The notes beneath the pieces are model-generated. The model was not told the origin of the DNA, did no database searches, and worked only from the letters and a program-made list of their open reading frames with translations. Shown here piece after piece: positions 40,896 to 54,497 of a stretch of DNA of 64,000 bases; the stretch's first letter is position 1; each line of letters begins with the position of its first letter. The stretch comes from Octopus vulgaris (taxonomy: Eukaryota), in contig OX597815.1 of the NCBI GenBank assembly GCA_951406725.2, positions 203,980,001 through 204,044,000 on the forward strand. The letters run 5' to 3'. The position numbers and the translations under genes were made by a program.

Positions 40896-41799
40896 AGCCT
40901 TCAAAGTATTCTTTATTTAAAGGAATGCATCAGTCCAGACACGTTTTCGACTGTTTGAAGCAGTGCTGGAACTCTTTCAAAGTTATGCCTATTAACTCCT
41001 CCATCTTTCTTTTCTTCGCTTCTTCCACATGTGCAAATTTCGTAGCACCAGCTTTCATCACCAATGATGACCTTCAAAAAAAGGTCCCGATTCATTTCCT
41101 ACTGTTCTTTCATTTTACCACACGCATTCACTCGTGACTGCTTTTGATCTTCCGTGATCAAGCGAGGCATAGATTTTACTGCGCCTTTCATTCGCAATTC
41201 CTCGCTCTAAATTCGTTGGTAGGAGCTCCTGGACACCGCAGTCATATTAACAAGTTCGTCAATTGTTCAGTGATGGTTCGCCAAGATTAGATCAGGAATT
41301 TTCAATGCTTTCATTCTCTCCGGATGTGTCGACGGTCTTCCTGAACGAGGTTGGTCTTCAAGCGACAGGTGACCATTCCTAAAGCGTGAAAACAACTTGT
41401 AAACTTGTGTTTTGATCATAGTAACATCTTTGTAAGCTGTTACAAACATGAAAACTGTTTCGGACACCATTTTCTCCAGCAGAAAACAGAATTTCACGGA
41501 AGCACGTTGTTCCTTCGTTTCAGCCATCGCAAAAATCTACGAACAAGCACTGCGAAGCGAAGTTCGCACCACGTGGCAATAGGATTACACTCAACGACAT
41601 CGGTCAGCATAATAATGATTGAGGGCTGCATCAAGTGATTTCTAGTGGCGGAGGCCTGAACTACAACGCCTTGTCCTACAGACGTTTCCAGTTAATCTTA
41701 GGTATATATACGCAAACACAAACTCACACATACGCACGTACGCACTCATTTCATTTCTTGTTATTTGCACTGTTAGTGACGCCCTGTTGCCATATATGC

Positions 41800-41855
<56 letters not shown>

Positions 41856-41864
<9 letters not shown>

Positions 41865-42117
41865 TTAGAGACAAAACCACTATTTTGCAAAACAAACAAG
41901 GAAAGACTTAATCAATACATAAAATTTTAATAAATAGTCATTTATTATAATAGACTATTTATTAAAATTTTATGTATTGATTAAGTCTTTCCTTGTTTGT
42001 TTTGCAAAATAGTGGTTTTGTCTCTAATAATATTTTATAATATTTTACTATAAAATTGGATTTAATCCTAAATCTGATTTTTTCCCTGTAAATTTGGATT
42101 TATTCCCTAATATTTAT

Positions 42118-42122
<5 letters not shown>
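41856..42122. repeat. Fold-back element in (TA)n (~80-bp arms, 13-nt loop), related to the 23.7-kb family
   Basis: ttagagacaaaaccactatt...aaatagtc / gactattt...aatagtggttttgtctctaa. Confidence 0.85.
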
Positions 42123-42176
<54 letters not shown>

Positions 42177-43148
42177 TGTATGTATGTATGTATGTATACA
42201 GTTGAAACAAAACATACAATACACATAGAATCTTCCCTTTTTTAATTATTGCGCTATCATACTAAGTTCTTTTTTGCCTACGTGACATTTCCTCTATGTG
42301 TTAGTGTTCATACTTGCACTTTAAAATGTGTTATGATGCAATATAATAAACAAAGGCATCTTCTTGGCAATTTAACTGCTATGTTTAACTTCTTTCATAT
42401 ATACATATATATATCAGGTTACTTTCAGAGTTTCTGTGGCATTTCTGTGGTATATAGAATTAAAGTGCTTGCGTGAATTGCGAAACACTTTATATATTGA
42501 AACAATACGCGCTGAATCGATTCGTGACATCACGCTGTAATTACATAATTCACCGAGAAAGAGTTTTAGCAAGCTACTGTCTTCCGTAAACAACACGGAA
42601 GTAGTTAGATGTTCTAACGACTTTCACTTTGCTCAAGACGACGGTATGTTGCTTACGCGTCTGATGTATCGCTCCTACACCTGTCATGTAATCTCACAAA
42701 ACAATTCGTAGCATTTCTTTCAAATGTACTCAGCTCCAGCTCCACTCCCCAAACAATTTGGTATTCGATATTCTCATAGCATGTCAAGCACTCTTATAAG
42801 CTACAAATATGTGCGTGCGTGTGTGTGGTGGCGCGCGTTCCCAGACATATAGATATATAGGTTAAACTTCATCTCTTAATGCATGATCGTTTATCAGGCA
42901 AAGATATATTCTGTAATACTAACGATTAAGTTATAGGTGTTGTATTTATCTTCAGACATATCTTTTTTAGTACTACATTTTAAGTGGTGGAATACACCTT
43001 TCGAACCTGTCACACTCTGGAATGTGTATATTTGTGTGTGCGTACGCACGCAAGTGTGTGTATATATATCAACATATATAGATAGATGCATATAGGCATA
43101 CACTCTCACTCACACAGACACACATACGCACACACACACACACACATA

Positions 43149-43185
<37 letters not shown>

Positions 43186-43192
<7 letters not shown>

Positions 43193-43660
43193 TAAGGGTA
43201 GAAATTGATATTTATCAATTAAGACCAGTGGTCTAGCATATTAAAAAAGAATCCGAAGATTAAAATATTTATATATATATACCAATTAAGGACTGAACAC
43301 GAAAAGTGGACAGTCAACATGCTAGATATAGACGCCAAATCGTCATTCACCACAAAAGATTATGTTCTCAGATCAAACTCAACACAAAACCATAGCAATA
43401 AACAAGTGAAAAATATACGAAATAAAATAATTACCCATGTACTAACTTAGTTTCAGCTGCAGTTTTCCTTGCGGAAAATAACAGCTGAAACTAAGTTAGT
43501 ACATGGGTAATTATTTTATTTCGTATATTTTTCACTTGTTTATTGCTATGGTTTTGTGTTGAGTTTGATCTGAGAACATAATCTTTTGTGGTGAATGACG
43601 ATTTGGCGTCTATATCTAGCATGTTGACTGTCCACTTTTCGTGTTCAGTCCTTAATTGGT
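43186..43660. mobile_element. Fold-back element with 179-bp apparently perfect arms (43281-43459 / 43482-43660) in (TA)n
   Basis: Arms read as exact reverse complements; HHR 3' half GAA-ACTAAGTTAGT-A at the inner ends. Confidence 0.9.
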
Positions 43661-43669
43661 ATATATATA

Positions 43670-44177
43670 TATATATATAAAACTCTAGTTGTGTGAGTGT
43701 CTGTCCCCTTCGATTTAGATTCCTAACTCCTCCCACATTTTGCGGTGCAGTTTAACCAAATTCGGGTATCTTATAGTCGGGATTCATATCGAGCCCGTCT
43801 GGGTATTAGCGCGCGTCTACGATGAGTCTACGATTTAAAAAATAGTTTAACATCATTTTTTATTCCATTTTAATGCATATTTTTTCGTGTGTCGATGGCG
43901 GCGGAGTTGGCGTCCACGCTCAAAGCTGCACCTGTTTGCTTCTCTCCCTTCCCTCCCTCGTGAAGCTGTGGGAAAGGGAGTGTAAAGAAATCAACGTCGT
44001 AATGTGTTGTCAAGGAGACCAGCGTTCTTTTAGAACAACGACTTCATGGCTTGAAGACACCAAAACAGAAATGGCTAAGAAAGCCCGAATTGGCATCTAT
44101 AAGGGAAGTAACTCTCTAAAAATGCTTATATAGTTATTTCCCTTACAAACCCGAGCAACGCCGGGCGATACTGCTAG
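43670..44177 (+). mobile_element. Non-autonomous Helitron-like element
   Basis: Near-identical to 62640-63150; 3' hairpin and CTAG|T. Confidence 0.8.
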
Positions 44178-44290
44178 TATATATATATATATAACGGGAA
44201 GGTTTACGAAAATAAACAAAAGACGAAGGCAGGTGGAGTACAAACAAACAAATGTATTAGTATGACGCTCAGGAGTAGAAATAGAACAAG

Positions 44291-44328
44291 TCTTTTACGT
44301 TTGGAGCCTACGCTCTTCGACAGAAAGA
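44291..44328 (-). ncRNA. Hammerhead-like motif (G12 mutated) in element 44193-44398
   Basis: Minus strand UCUUU-CUGUCGAA-GAGC guag GCUC-CAA-ACGU-A-AAAGA; same family as 13945-14140 and 46483-46570. Confidence 0.55.
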
Positions 44329-44404
44329 TACACAGAAATAAGCAAGGAGAGAAACAAGGAGAGAAAAAAATGCGTGTAGGGGGCTAACGATCTATCATAT
44401 ATAT

Positions 44405-44820
44405 ACTGTATCTCAATGCAAACATTATACAAATTTGGAACACAAAACAATAAACATTTTCAAATATATGAACGAAATATTAATTTTCAAACGTTACAAA
44501 ACTATGTACACCCTAAAGGAAATTTACTATATTCAATATTTCATCCGCTTTTTTGTACTAAGTTCAGTATTGCTGATAATTTGAATTCTAATAACTTATT
44601 TTTCCTGGCATTTTTGCACCGGTCATTGTTATTGCATCTGCAGAAATTTTGATTCGTGTACCGTGATTAAAACCTTCTTCACTGTGATCAAAATGGTACC
44701 AAAAGGAAAAGAATTTTCTGAAGATTTGAAGAAAATTCTTTTTAATTTGCACAAGAATGGTTTAGGATACAAGTTAATTAGCAAACGAATGCGTATTAGC
44801 GCAAATACAGTTGCTATATA
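44405..44820 (+). mobile_element. Tc1-like transposon 5' fragment
   Basis: MVPKGKEFSEDLKKILFNLHKNGLGYKLISKRMRISANTV from ~44693 resembles the Tc1 paired-like HTH; truncated. Confidence 0.65.
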
Positions 44821-45283
44821 AGTTAAGTATGAATTTATAGAGATACAAAAATTAGATTAATTTTATAAATAAATAAAGGCAAATAATAAAATAGTAAAGA
44901 AGTAAAATAAAAATAATCAAGTAGGGCACAACACCATAGAAATGGAATAAAATAGCTTAATTACTAATACTATGGTAAAATATATGTAGCTTATTAACAC
45001 TTATAGAGATTTATAGAAAAAGTATAATAATTCAAAATATATTAGACTAAAACTTATATATTTGCTTATATAGCCAATATCGATAAAAGACTGATGTCTG
45101 GTATCAGCTAAAGGAATATTTAGGTTATGGAACATTCATATCTTACACTAATCTTTTTTTAAAAACTAAGTGTTATATTATAGGTTTAAGAAGTTATTAT
45201 TGTTACTCCCTACATGATATTCATAGTTTCTTAGTGGTTCTTGTTTAGAAGGGTTATTTATATAAAGGCCTTTATAAATACTA

Positions 45284-45705
45284 AGGCGCAGGAGTGGCTG
45301 TGTGGTAAGTAGCTTGCTTGCCAATCACATGTTTCCGGGTTCAGTCCCACTGCGTGGCATCTTGGACAAGTGTCTTCTGCTATAGCCCCGGGCCGACCAA
45401 TGCCTTGTGAGTGGATTTGGTAGACGGAAACTAAGAGAAGCCTGTCGTATGTATATATATATATATATGTATGTGTGTGTATATGTTTGTGTGCCAGTGT
45501 TTGTCTCTCTAGCATTGCTTGACAACCGATGCTGGTGTGTTTATGTCCCCGTCACTTAGCGGTTCGGCAAAAAGAGACCGATAGAATAAGTACTGGGCTT
45601 ACAAAGAATAAGTCCCGGGGTCGATCTGCTTGACTAAAGGCGGTGCTCCAGCATGGCCGCAGTCAAATGACTGAAACAAGTAAAAAAAAAAAGAAAGAAA
45701 GAAAC
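45284..45705 (+). mobile_element. tRNA-derived SINE, family A
   Basis: Full-length copy. Confidence 0.9.
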
Positions 45706-46201
45706 AGAATCAGGAGTGTAGCGCCATTTAAGAAAGAGATAAATCAAGTAATTTCTAAAGATCCCCAGTTTCATTATCGGTGGTCTGCTAGTGGGCGACC
45801 CCCTTAATTGTCAGCTAACATTTTGTTTTAAGTTTTCCTTTTGCCAAACCTCATGGTATTGCTTCAAATAAGTCTTGATTTTTATGACTACACCAACTAT
45901 GATTTCTCTCTGCTCCCTCAGCCCTACCCCTAATACATATTGCCTCTGTTCTTTCAGCCTTAGATATACAAGAATTTGATAAACTAGTCTATAAATTAAA
46001 ACTGACCCTATAAAAGCAACAAAAAAAATCAGTGGCAGGCAGAGTCTGTAACAATGTATATCTTCTTGATAACTTAGTAACTTCTATGCTGGAGTGGAGA
46101 CAGCATGTTCGTTTGTCTATCTCCTTAACTTCTTGAAGATTTTAGGTATAATTATACTAATGCATCCATCTGTTCTAATTTAATTTAATTCTATGTCTTT
46201 G

Positions 46202-46288
46202 TGCAACTGAGGATTGCTCTGCTTTCTAAATTGATCTAATGATTGCATTCTTCAATTAAATGGAATTGCATGAAACGATCGTACTGCA
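46202..46288 (+). ncRNA. Hammerhead ribozyme motif, type I (aged)
   Basis: TGCAA-CTGAGGA-TTGC..50 nt..GCAT-GAA-ACGATCGT-A-CTGCA. Confidence 0.65.
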
Positions 46289-46417
46289 TTACCTCTGGAT
46301 ATCCTTGTTGCTTGTTTTGATTTAAATCACCTTACTTTGAAATTGTGAGGATAATACCGTACTAAATGCTGGTGCCTCAACTTAATTACCACATTCATCT
46401 GAATCTATCTACCCATC

Positions 46418-46484
<67 letters not shown>

Positions 46485-46587
46485 CGGGAAGCTTTATGAA
46501 AATAGACAAAAGACGAAGGCAGGTGGGAAACAAACAAACAATTGTATTAGTATGGCGCTCAGTATGGCGCTTATATATAAGCCGCTG

Positions 46588-46654
<67 letters not shown>

Positions 46655-46724
46655 TATATAACCATTACTATTAATGTATACACATATATATATATAAAAC
46701 CATTACTACTAATATATATATATC

Positions 46725-46761
46725 AAACGATGAATAGCTTTGCGTAAATCATGGTCCGTTT
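46725..46761 (+). ncRNA. Hammerhead ribozyme variant with an A3-U8 core, at the start of a (TA)n-flanked element (46724-46975)
   Basis: AAACG-ATGAATA-GC ttt GC-GTAA-ATCATGGT-C-CGTTT. Confidence 0.55.
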
Positions 46762-46972
46762 TGTTCTCTTACATTATTATCATGTTATAATCATCTCATA
46801 ATAATGACTTTTATGACTCGTATTACTACCTCAGTCAATCTAATTGTATATATTTGTCACTACCTGTCATAAATAGCCTTTTTTTATTTGCAATGTGCAT
46901 TTTCGTAGATTTTTCATATTTTACCCTTACATTTCCACGTGTATTTTATATTTTCTTTTCGTAACATATTTC

Positions 46973-47027
<55 letters not shown>

Positions 47028-47359
47028 GGAAGAGAGAGAGACTATCCATTGCAGCTTTTAAATTATGCCATAATCATTAGTAAAATGGTATGGAGTACAT
47101 ATACACTATCTTATTCAGCGCACGTACCAGAGTTGGGCGGGTCCTGCACATTGCATGAGCGAAAGATCCCTGCTGAAGGGCATCCTGTGCGACACGATAT
47201 CATTTGCACTGCGTAGACAGTGTTGCTATGGTTTCTTCATTCATAACTGAACACTGAAGCTAACTGCACTACTACAACTACGACGACGACGACGATGGTG
47301 ACTACTGTTACTTTTGAACTTCATGTGTGTGCATATATATGTATATATGTGTGTGTGAA

Positions 47360-47406
<47 letters not shown>

Positions 47407-47446
47407 CCCACACACACACAGGCATATATATATGTACATATATATA

Positions 47447-47657
47447 TACTCTTTTACTCTTTTACTTGTTTCAGTCAGTTGACTGCGGCCATGCTGGAGC
47501 ACTGCCTTTAGTCGAGCAAATCGACCCCGGGACTTATTCTTTGTAAGCCCAGTACTTATTCTATCGGTCTCTTTTGCCGAACCGCTAAGTAACGGGGACA
47601 TAAACACACCAGCATCGGTTGTCAAACAATGTTGGGGGGACAAACACAGACACACAA

Positions 47658-47698
<41 letters not shown>

Positions 47699-47857
47699 CG
47701 ATGGGCTTCTTTCAGTTTCCGTCTACCAAATCCACACACAAGGCTTTGGTCGGCCCTAGGCTATAATAGAAGACACTTGTCCAAGGTGCCACGCAGTGGG
47801 ACTGAACCCGGAACCATGTGGTTGGTAAACAAGCTACTTACCACACAGCCACTCCTG
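47447..47857 (-). mobile_element. tRNA-derived SINE, family A
   Basis: Matches other family A copies. Confidence 0.9.
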
Positions 47858-49049
47858 TATCTATGATATTTTTACACAAAGTCTTTCAAGTTGACGTATT
47901 TGATGTTGATATGCTACTGTCTTACTGCTATACAGAAGCGTAGAGATTTTAACAAACCAACGCAACGAAACCTCCGTTTTGAGTATACTTTCAGGTTTGT
48001 GATTAAAGACGTGTATCAGAAGTACCTAAACGCATTTAAGGTTTTGCTCACACTCAGTTTGTAATGAAAGACATGGCATGAGACATACCTTGATACATTG
48101 TGGGTTGATAGTATTTAGTTTCTGATGATATCTGAAAAGAAAGAAGAGTAGCACAAGATGTTGCTGAGAATGGTGAGGATTAAGATTACTTCGGCTATTT
48201 AAAAATGAATAATAAATTGAAATGGTTTTTTTCTGATTCGCGGGGAAACTGAATAAGAAAATTTGTCATTTTATACTTCGATTGTTATACAAACGTATCA
48301 TTAGTGAAGACAAATGCGTCAAAGTTGGTTTATTGAGAGAATTAAGATAAATATGAATGCTTCGAAAACATCATGAGCGACCTTTCGATTTAAGTAATCA
48401 ACTGAAAATGCTTCCAGCGTATCTGTATAGATTTGTAGTTGATATTTCATCGACTCAGGAGTCGTTTGTATTTAAAATATGATAGGTGCTAGTACATAGT
48501 CTTGTTTGGCCCAATACATACATACATACATATATTCTGTCATTATCTTATGCTTTACAACCCTATGACTGTGGCCATGCTGAAGCACCACTAAGGTTAT
48601 TACCTTACAATGCTCATTCTTTAGTGAATGACTTTTGGTGAAGGAGGGAAATGGATATTGCTGCCCTTTTTTTTAGTTTCTTGCCATGATCTAGGTGCAT
48701 CTGGGACTTGGAGCTTTAGAACAGTACAGAGAGGTCAGTTTGGGGGCTTGTATAATTCTCGATGTCAAATTGTCAAAAATGGTGAATTCAGCAGATAGTT
48801 TATAAAATTTTGAAGTAAAGGAAGCATTTAGTTGGACTTATTTGGGCATCCCCTCCACTTTTGACCTAAACTTGGTAACCGGGTGTCATCTACAGCGCCT
48901 TCTTCCGGGTAGATCAAATAAAATTCTCAATCGGAAGCGTTACAAAGACTTACATCTTAATACTATTCCGTACAAGCCCACCTGTAAATATGCTTCCGTA
49001 TGCACTAAAAAAGGGTGAAAGTATGTGTTTTATCGCGCCCGACACACAC

Positions 49050-49106
49050 ACACATATATATATATATTTATGTGCATGTATGTATGTATGTATGTATGTA
49101 TGTATG

Positions 49107-49160
<54 letters not shown>

Positions 49161-49171
49161 TACATATATAC

Positions 49172-49218
<47 letters not shown>

Positions 49219-49260
49219 TACATTCACATATACACACACACTCATATATATATGTATATA

Positions 49261-49318
<58 letters not shown>

Positions 49319-49412
49319 TATACACATATATATATATATAGAGAGAGAGAGATTTATATATACATATATATATATACATATATATATGAGTGTGTGTGTA
49401 TATGTGAATGTA

Positions 49413-49450
<38 letters not shown>

Positions 49451-49510
49451 CCACACCCACCCACATGCACGCGCACATATATACATATACAAAATATATA
49501 TGTATGTACA
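49050..49510. repeat. Compound (TA)n/(GA)n/(TATG)n microsatellite
   Basis: Direct observation. Confidence 0.9.
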
Positions 49511-51213
49511 TACACACACATACAAATTGATGCGTGTGTGTTTGTGTGTGTATATGTATGTTTGTGTCTATTTGTTTTTGTATATTCTCTATGTGTTCTG
49601 AGTGAATGCGGGCAAGAGGGAGTCGGGGTGTCGAGGAAACGATAAAGTTAATCACCATCTTCAAAAGCATGCTACAATACTAACTGTACCTTTGAACATT
49701 TTCGACGTGGAGGGCGAACAAATGATTGCTCTATTATTGTTCTTTTGTCCCAACTGACACCAAACCCTGAATGATGAATATCATTCCAGTTATTTACCTT
49801 CTCGACTTCTTAAAGGTTTTGTTTTAAGATCGAAGACAGTGTTAGAAATAGATTTAGTTGCTATTTTTAGCAGTCAAGTATAGTGAGTTTGAGAGACACT
49901 ATGAACACCGCGGTCAATAAGTTTAATATTGTGCTGACTCTGTTAGTTTCACCTTTCTCTTTTTATAAGCATACAAAGCGATATTTAATCTCCTACATAC
50001 TTACACGCATTATCCGTTAAATATTTTCAAACACGCACCGAAACAAATAAGAGTATATTCACCGCACCTATACAATAAACGTTACGCCCACGTGTACACG
50101 TTGAATCTCTTCAACTGTATTGAAATATCACTCTAGCTTTTATTAATACAATACACCTAAATTGAAACAGATCAATTATCTCTTCACATCCTCGCCTTTC
50201 CTTTGTTCAACGACTAGCCAACACCTGCCCATTACAAATGGCTTAGAAATGTCGTTATTGTTATTTCTCTTTCATAGTTTCCGGTTAACAAGTTCCCTCA
50301 CAGCACAATTGCTACCATTGATATGAAACAGGAGTTAAAGAAGGAAACCACGTCATACTCTTAAGTATTTTATTCACATAGATGATGAAATAGTAGCCAC
50401 TAATTGCACGTAGGCCTTAAACATGACACGCTAGCAGAATAGGTACACAACCTGCCTGGCGGTACTTTGCTACTACGTTCGGAGTTCAAACTCTGCCGAG
50501 GTCATCTTTGCCATTAATCCTTCTGGGCTTGACAAAATTCAAGTACCAATGAAATTCTGACTCGATACGATATAGTCAAGCACATCAATTCTTGGAATTT
50601 ATAACCTTGTTCCAATTTAAGAAATCAATATAAAATTTCATATCTTGTTTCAATAAATCTTTCTATTCTTCAGGTCTCTACTCTTTCCGTTCCGTTAATT
50701 TTACATTTTGAGATTATTTGTTTACGCTTTATATTTTCATATTTAAATATTCTATTCCTTTTTCTCGGGTTTTAATTTGCTAAATTATAATTATAGAACG
50801 TGAAATTATTAATATAGCTCCGATTTTTGTTGTTATAACATTTGCAGTTGATTGATCCTCAGTCAGAATTCCATGAAAGGCGCTGACTTAATTATTATTG
50901 AATTTGCATAGCTGACTATTGGCATTTTGTTTGCATTAGCGAATATACTGTCTTAAAATTTAGAACTAACAATAAACACGTGGTATGCATTTTAATGGAC
51001 AATATTTGTTTATATTTTGTCATGGTTTATTGATATAAGGAAAGATGAACACCATAATTTTTGTATGAACCTTATCAGGGAGAGGGAATAGAAAGAAACT
51101 ATGACTCGTAAGTTGGCTGTTGCTGTAGAAAGCCGCATAGCAAGATATCTATTAATCCTCAGTTTGGAGATCTGATATGCATACCTGAAACAAAGCTAAC
51201 TCCTTTAAATATA

Positions 51214-51812
51214 TATTTCTTTATTGCCCACAAGGGGCTAAACATGGAGGGGACAAGCAAGGACAGACAAACGGATTAAGTCGATTACATCGACCCAGCG
51301 CGTAACTGGTACTTAATTTATCGACTCCGAAAGGATGAAAGGCAAAGTCGACCTCTGCGGAATTTGAACTCAGAACGTAACAGCAGACGAAATGCCTATT
51401 TCTTTACTACCCACAAGGGGCTAAACACAGAGAGGACAAACAAGGACAGACAAAGGGATTAAGTCGATTACATCGACCCCAGCGCGTAACTGGTACTTAA
51501 TTTATCGACTCCGAAAAGATGAAAGGCAAAGTCGACCTCGGCGGAATTTGAACTCAGAACGTAACGGCAGACGAAATACCTATTTCTTTACTACCCACAG
51601 GGAGCTAAACACAGAGAGGACAAGCAAGGACAGATAAACGGATTAAGTCGATTACATCGACCCCAGCGCGTAACTGGTACTTAATTTATCGCCCCGAAAG
51701 GATGAAAGGCAAAGTCGACCTCGGCGGAATTTGAACTCAGAACGTAGCGGCAGACGAAATACGGCTACGCATTTCGCCCGGCGTGCTAATGTTTCTGCCA
51801 GCTCCCCGCCTT
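51214..51812 (-). mobile_element. SINE family B trimer (one head, three bodies at 183-184-bp spacing)
   Basis: Tails start at 51214, 51397 and 51581; TAACTCCT-containing TSD at 51197 and 51812. Confidence 0.9.
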
Positions 51813-52464
51813 AACTCCTCTACATACAACCAAGGTAATGGTGTTAAACCTGTGGACTGAATAGATCTACCGCATAGTTAAGTCAGTCTTAACAATTGCT
51901 GCTTGTGGTGATTGTGGGTAATGATGGGTTTCGTTAGAATAAATCAGTTTCCTTAAAGCAGTATTTCTTAACCTGCACTTTACCCCTCCTTGTTGATATT
52001 GTAAGCTCTCAACGAGACGATAAATATTAAGTGGGGGAGAGCACTACTGAAGTCCCTGGAGAAACTAGGGGATTTTCTTAGAAATCTAATAATTAAACCA
52101 AGTACTATATTTATATTAATATATTTGCAAAAAATATTTTTGTCAGAATTAGAATATGTGCCAGATTGCTGTTAATGACTAATAAATATTATAAACCCCA
52201 TCTTCGGAAGGAAGTAAATTTGCCGTTAGCATTTCCATTCCTCATACCTGACTAAGAAAGGGATCAGACTAAGTAGCATTGTTGTTAGCTAACCAGAGAA
52301 ACTGATTATAAACATGTAAAAGGAAAAGTTAAAGGATTTGGCAAATATAGAATCCGATGATTTTAAATTAGCAAAATATCACCAACCACTAAGCAGCCAT
52401 TGGTAAGTTTTCAAATTTCAAATATGAGGTTTGGAATATCATAATTTGTTAAATTCTTTCTCTT

Positions 52465-52684
52465 TTTTTCTCTTTTACTTGTTTCAGTCATTTGACTGCG
52501 GCCATGCTGGAGCACCGCCTTTAGTCGAGCAAATCGACCCCCGGGACTTATTCTTTTGTAAGCCCAGTACTTATTCTATCGGTCTCTTTTGCCGAACCGC
52601 TAAGTGACGGGGACATAAACACACCAGCATCGGTTGTCAAGCAATGCTAGGGGGACAAACACAGACATACAAACACACGCACAC

Positions 52685-52717
<33 letters not shown>

Positions 52718-52872
52718 TACGACGGGCATCTTTCAGTTTCCGTCTACCAAATCCACTCACAAGGCTTTGGTCGGTCCGGGGCTATAGCAGAAGACACTTG
52801 CCCAAGGTGCCACGCAGTGGGACTGAACCCGGAAACATGTGGTTGGTAAGCAAGCTACTTACCACACAGCCA
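52465..52872 (-). mobile_element. tRNA-derived SINE, family A
   Basis: Matches other family A copies. Confidence 0.9.
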
Positions 52873-52975
52873 AGGCGTCATGGCCATGTCCATTGTTTTT
52901 GCCTTTGTTTTTCTTATAGAAATATGCCATATATTACCATATATTAAACGAAGTGGTTGTTTGTTTGTTAAGAGA

Positions 52976-53356
52976 CTAGCAGTATCGCCCGGCGTTGCTC
53001 GGGTTTGTAAGGGAAATAACTATAAAGCATTTTTAGAGAGTTATAGCCAAAATATAGCAAAAAAATGTGAAAAAAGTTATGGTAAATTTTTTTTAGAGTT
53101 AAAAAGGTGGAGTTGCGTCCCCTAGACAGTCTGTGGTTTGTTTTTGATTCTCGACCCCATGTCGAATTTATCGATTTTTTTCAGAACTGGGGGAACTCTT
53201 CAAAATTTTCACTGCGTTATTTTTGAATTATGACATTGGGCTATGTGTGTGTCAAGTTTCATAAGAATCGGTTGAAAGCCGTAGTCAGGGTGAGGGTACA
53301 AGCAAACAGACACACAGAAACACACACAGACAAACTGCCGTTTATATAGAGAGAGA
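52976..53356 (-). mobile_element. Non-autonomous Helitron-like element
   Basis: A|TC...hairpin-CTAG|T on the minus strand; same 3' end as the other copies with a different interior. Confidence 0.75.
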
Positions 53357-53788
53357 TTACTATCTAAATAGTGTTCAATGTATTTGATATTTGATGGAGG
53401 AGTAGCAACCATATAGAAACTCCTTCGTTAGTTCGATTTGTTTGGAGAACAGTTTGAAGATTCATAGAAATCTAGATTTTTATGGCTAAATGTTGTATCT
53501 GACTGGAAAAACAAAAGATGAGAGGTTTGAAGCTGCACAATCAAAATAGAACGCTGTATGTTTTACTTCTATCAATCAGTTCAGTCAGTTTCTGTTATTA
53601 TCATTATGAAACAAAACAAACGTTTGGCTAAATGAATATTACTAAAGTGGTGGCATTAGAAATACAAAGAAGAGATTGCTCACTTCCAGGAAACTAAAAA
53701 TAAAGCAAACTGGGTTTCACGCGTGCACCTAAATACACACACAAGCGCACCCAGACACGCGCGCGCGCAAAGTTAAACTCGCTGCATT

Positions 53789-54194
53789 AGCTGGCAGAAG
53801 CGTTAGCACGCCGGGCGAAATGCTTAGCCGTATTTCGTCTGCCGTAACGTTGTGAGTTCAAATTCCGCCGAGGTCGACTTTGCCTTTCATCATTTCGGGG
53901 TCGATAAATTAAGTACCAGTTACGAACTGGGGTCGATGTAATGGAATTAATCCCTTTGTCTGTCCTTGTTTGTCCTCTCTGTGTTTAGCCCCTTGTGGGT
54001 AATAAAGAAATAGGTATTTCGTCTGCCTTTACGTTGTGAGTTCAAATTCCGCCGAGGTCGACTTTGCCTTTCATCCTTTCGGGGTCGATAAATTAAGTAC
54101 CAGTTACGCACTGGGTCGATGCAATCGACTTAATCCGTTTGTCTGTCCTTATTTGTCCCCTCTGTGTTTAGCCCTTGTGGGTAGTAAAGCAATC
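53789..54194 (+). mobile_element. SINE family B dimer
   Basis: Junction AAAGAAATAGGTATTTCGTC at ~54005-54022. Confidence 0.88.
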
Positions 54195-54308
54195 TATATA
54201 CACACGTATGTATACAAAAATATATCATACATATATATGTGTGTGTGTGTATGGTATATGTAACTGTGCATGTGTGTCTCTACGCGTATGTGTGTGCGCG
54301 TACGGACA

Positions 54309-54386
<78 letters not shown>

Positions 54387-54497
54387 GTACGTGTGTGTGT
54401 ATGTCTGTGTGCGCGCGCGTATATGTATGCAAAAACACATCATACATATATGTTGGGGGGGGTGGGGGCTGTATGGTATGTGTAACTGTGTATGTGT

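Larger units (their letters stand above)
40517..41640 (-). mobile_element. Internally deleted mariner relic, interrupted by an HHR element
   Basis: MAETKEQRASVKFCFLL..EDQPRSGRPST and FLKVIIGDESWCY motifs. Confidence 0.8.
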
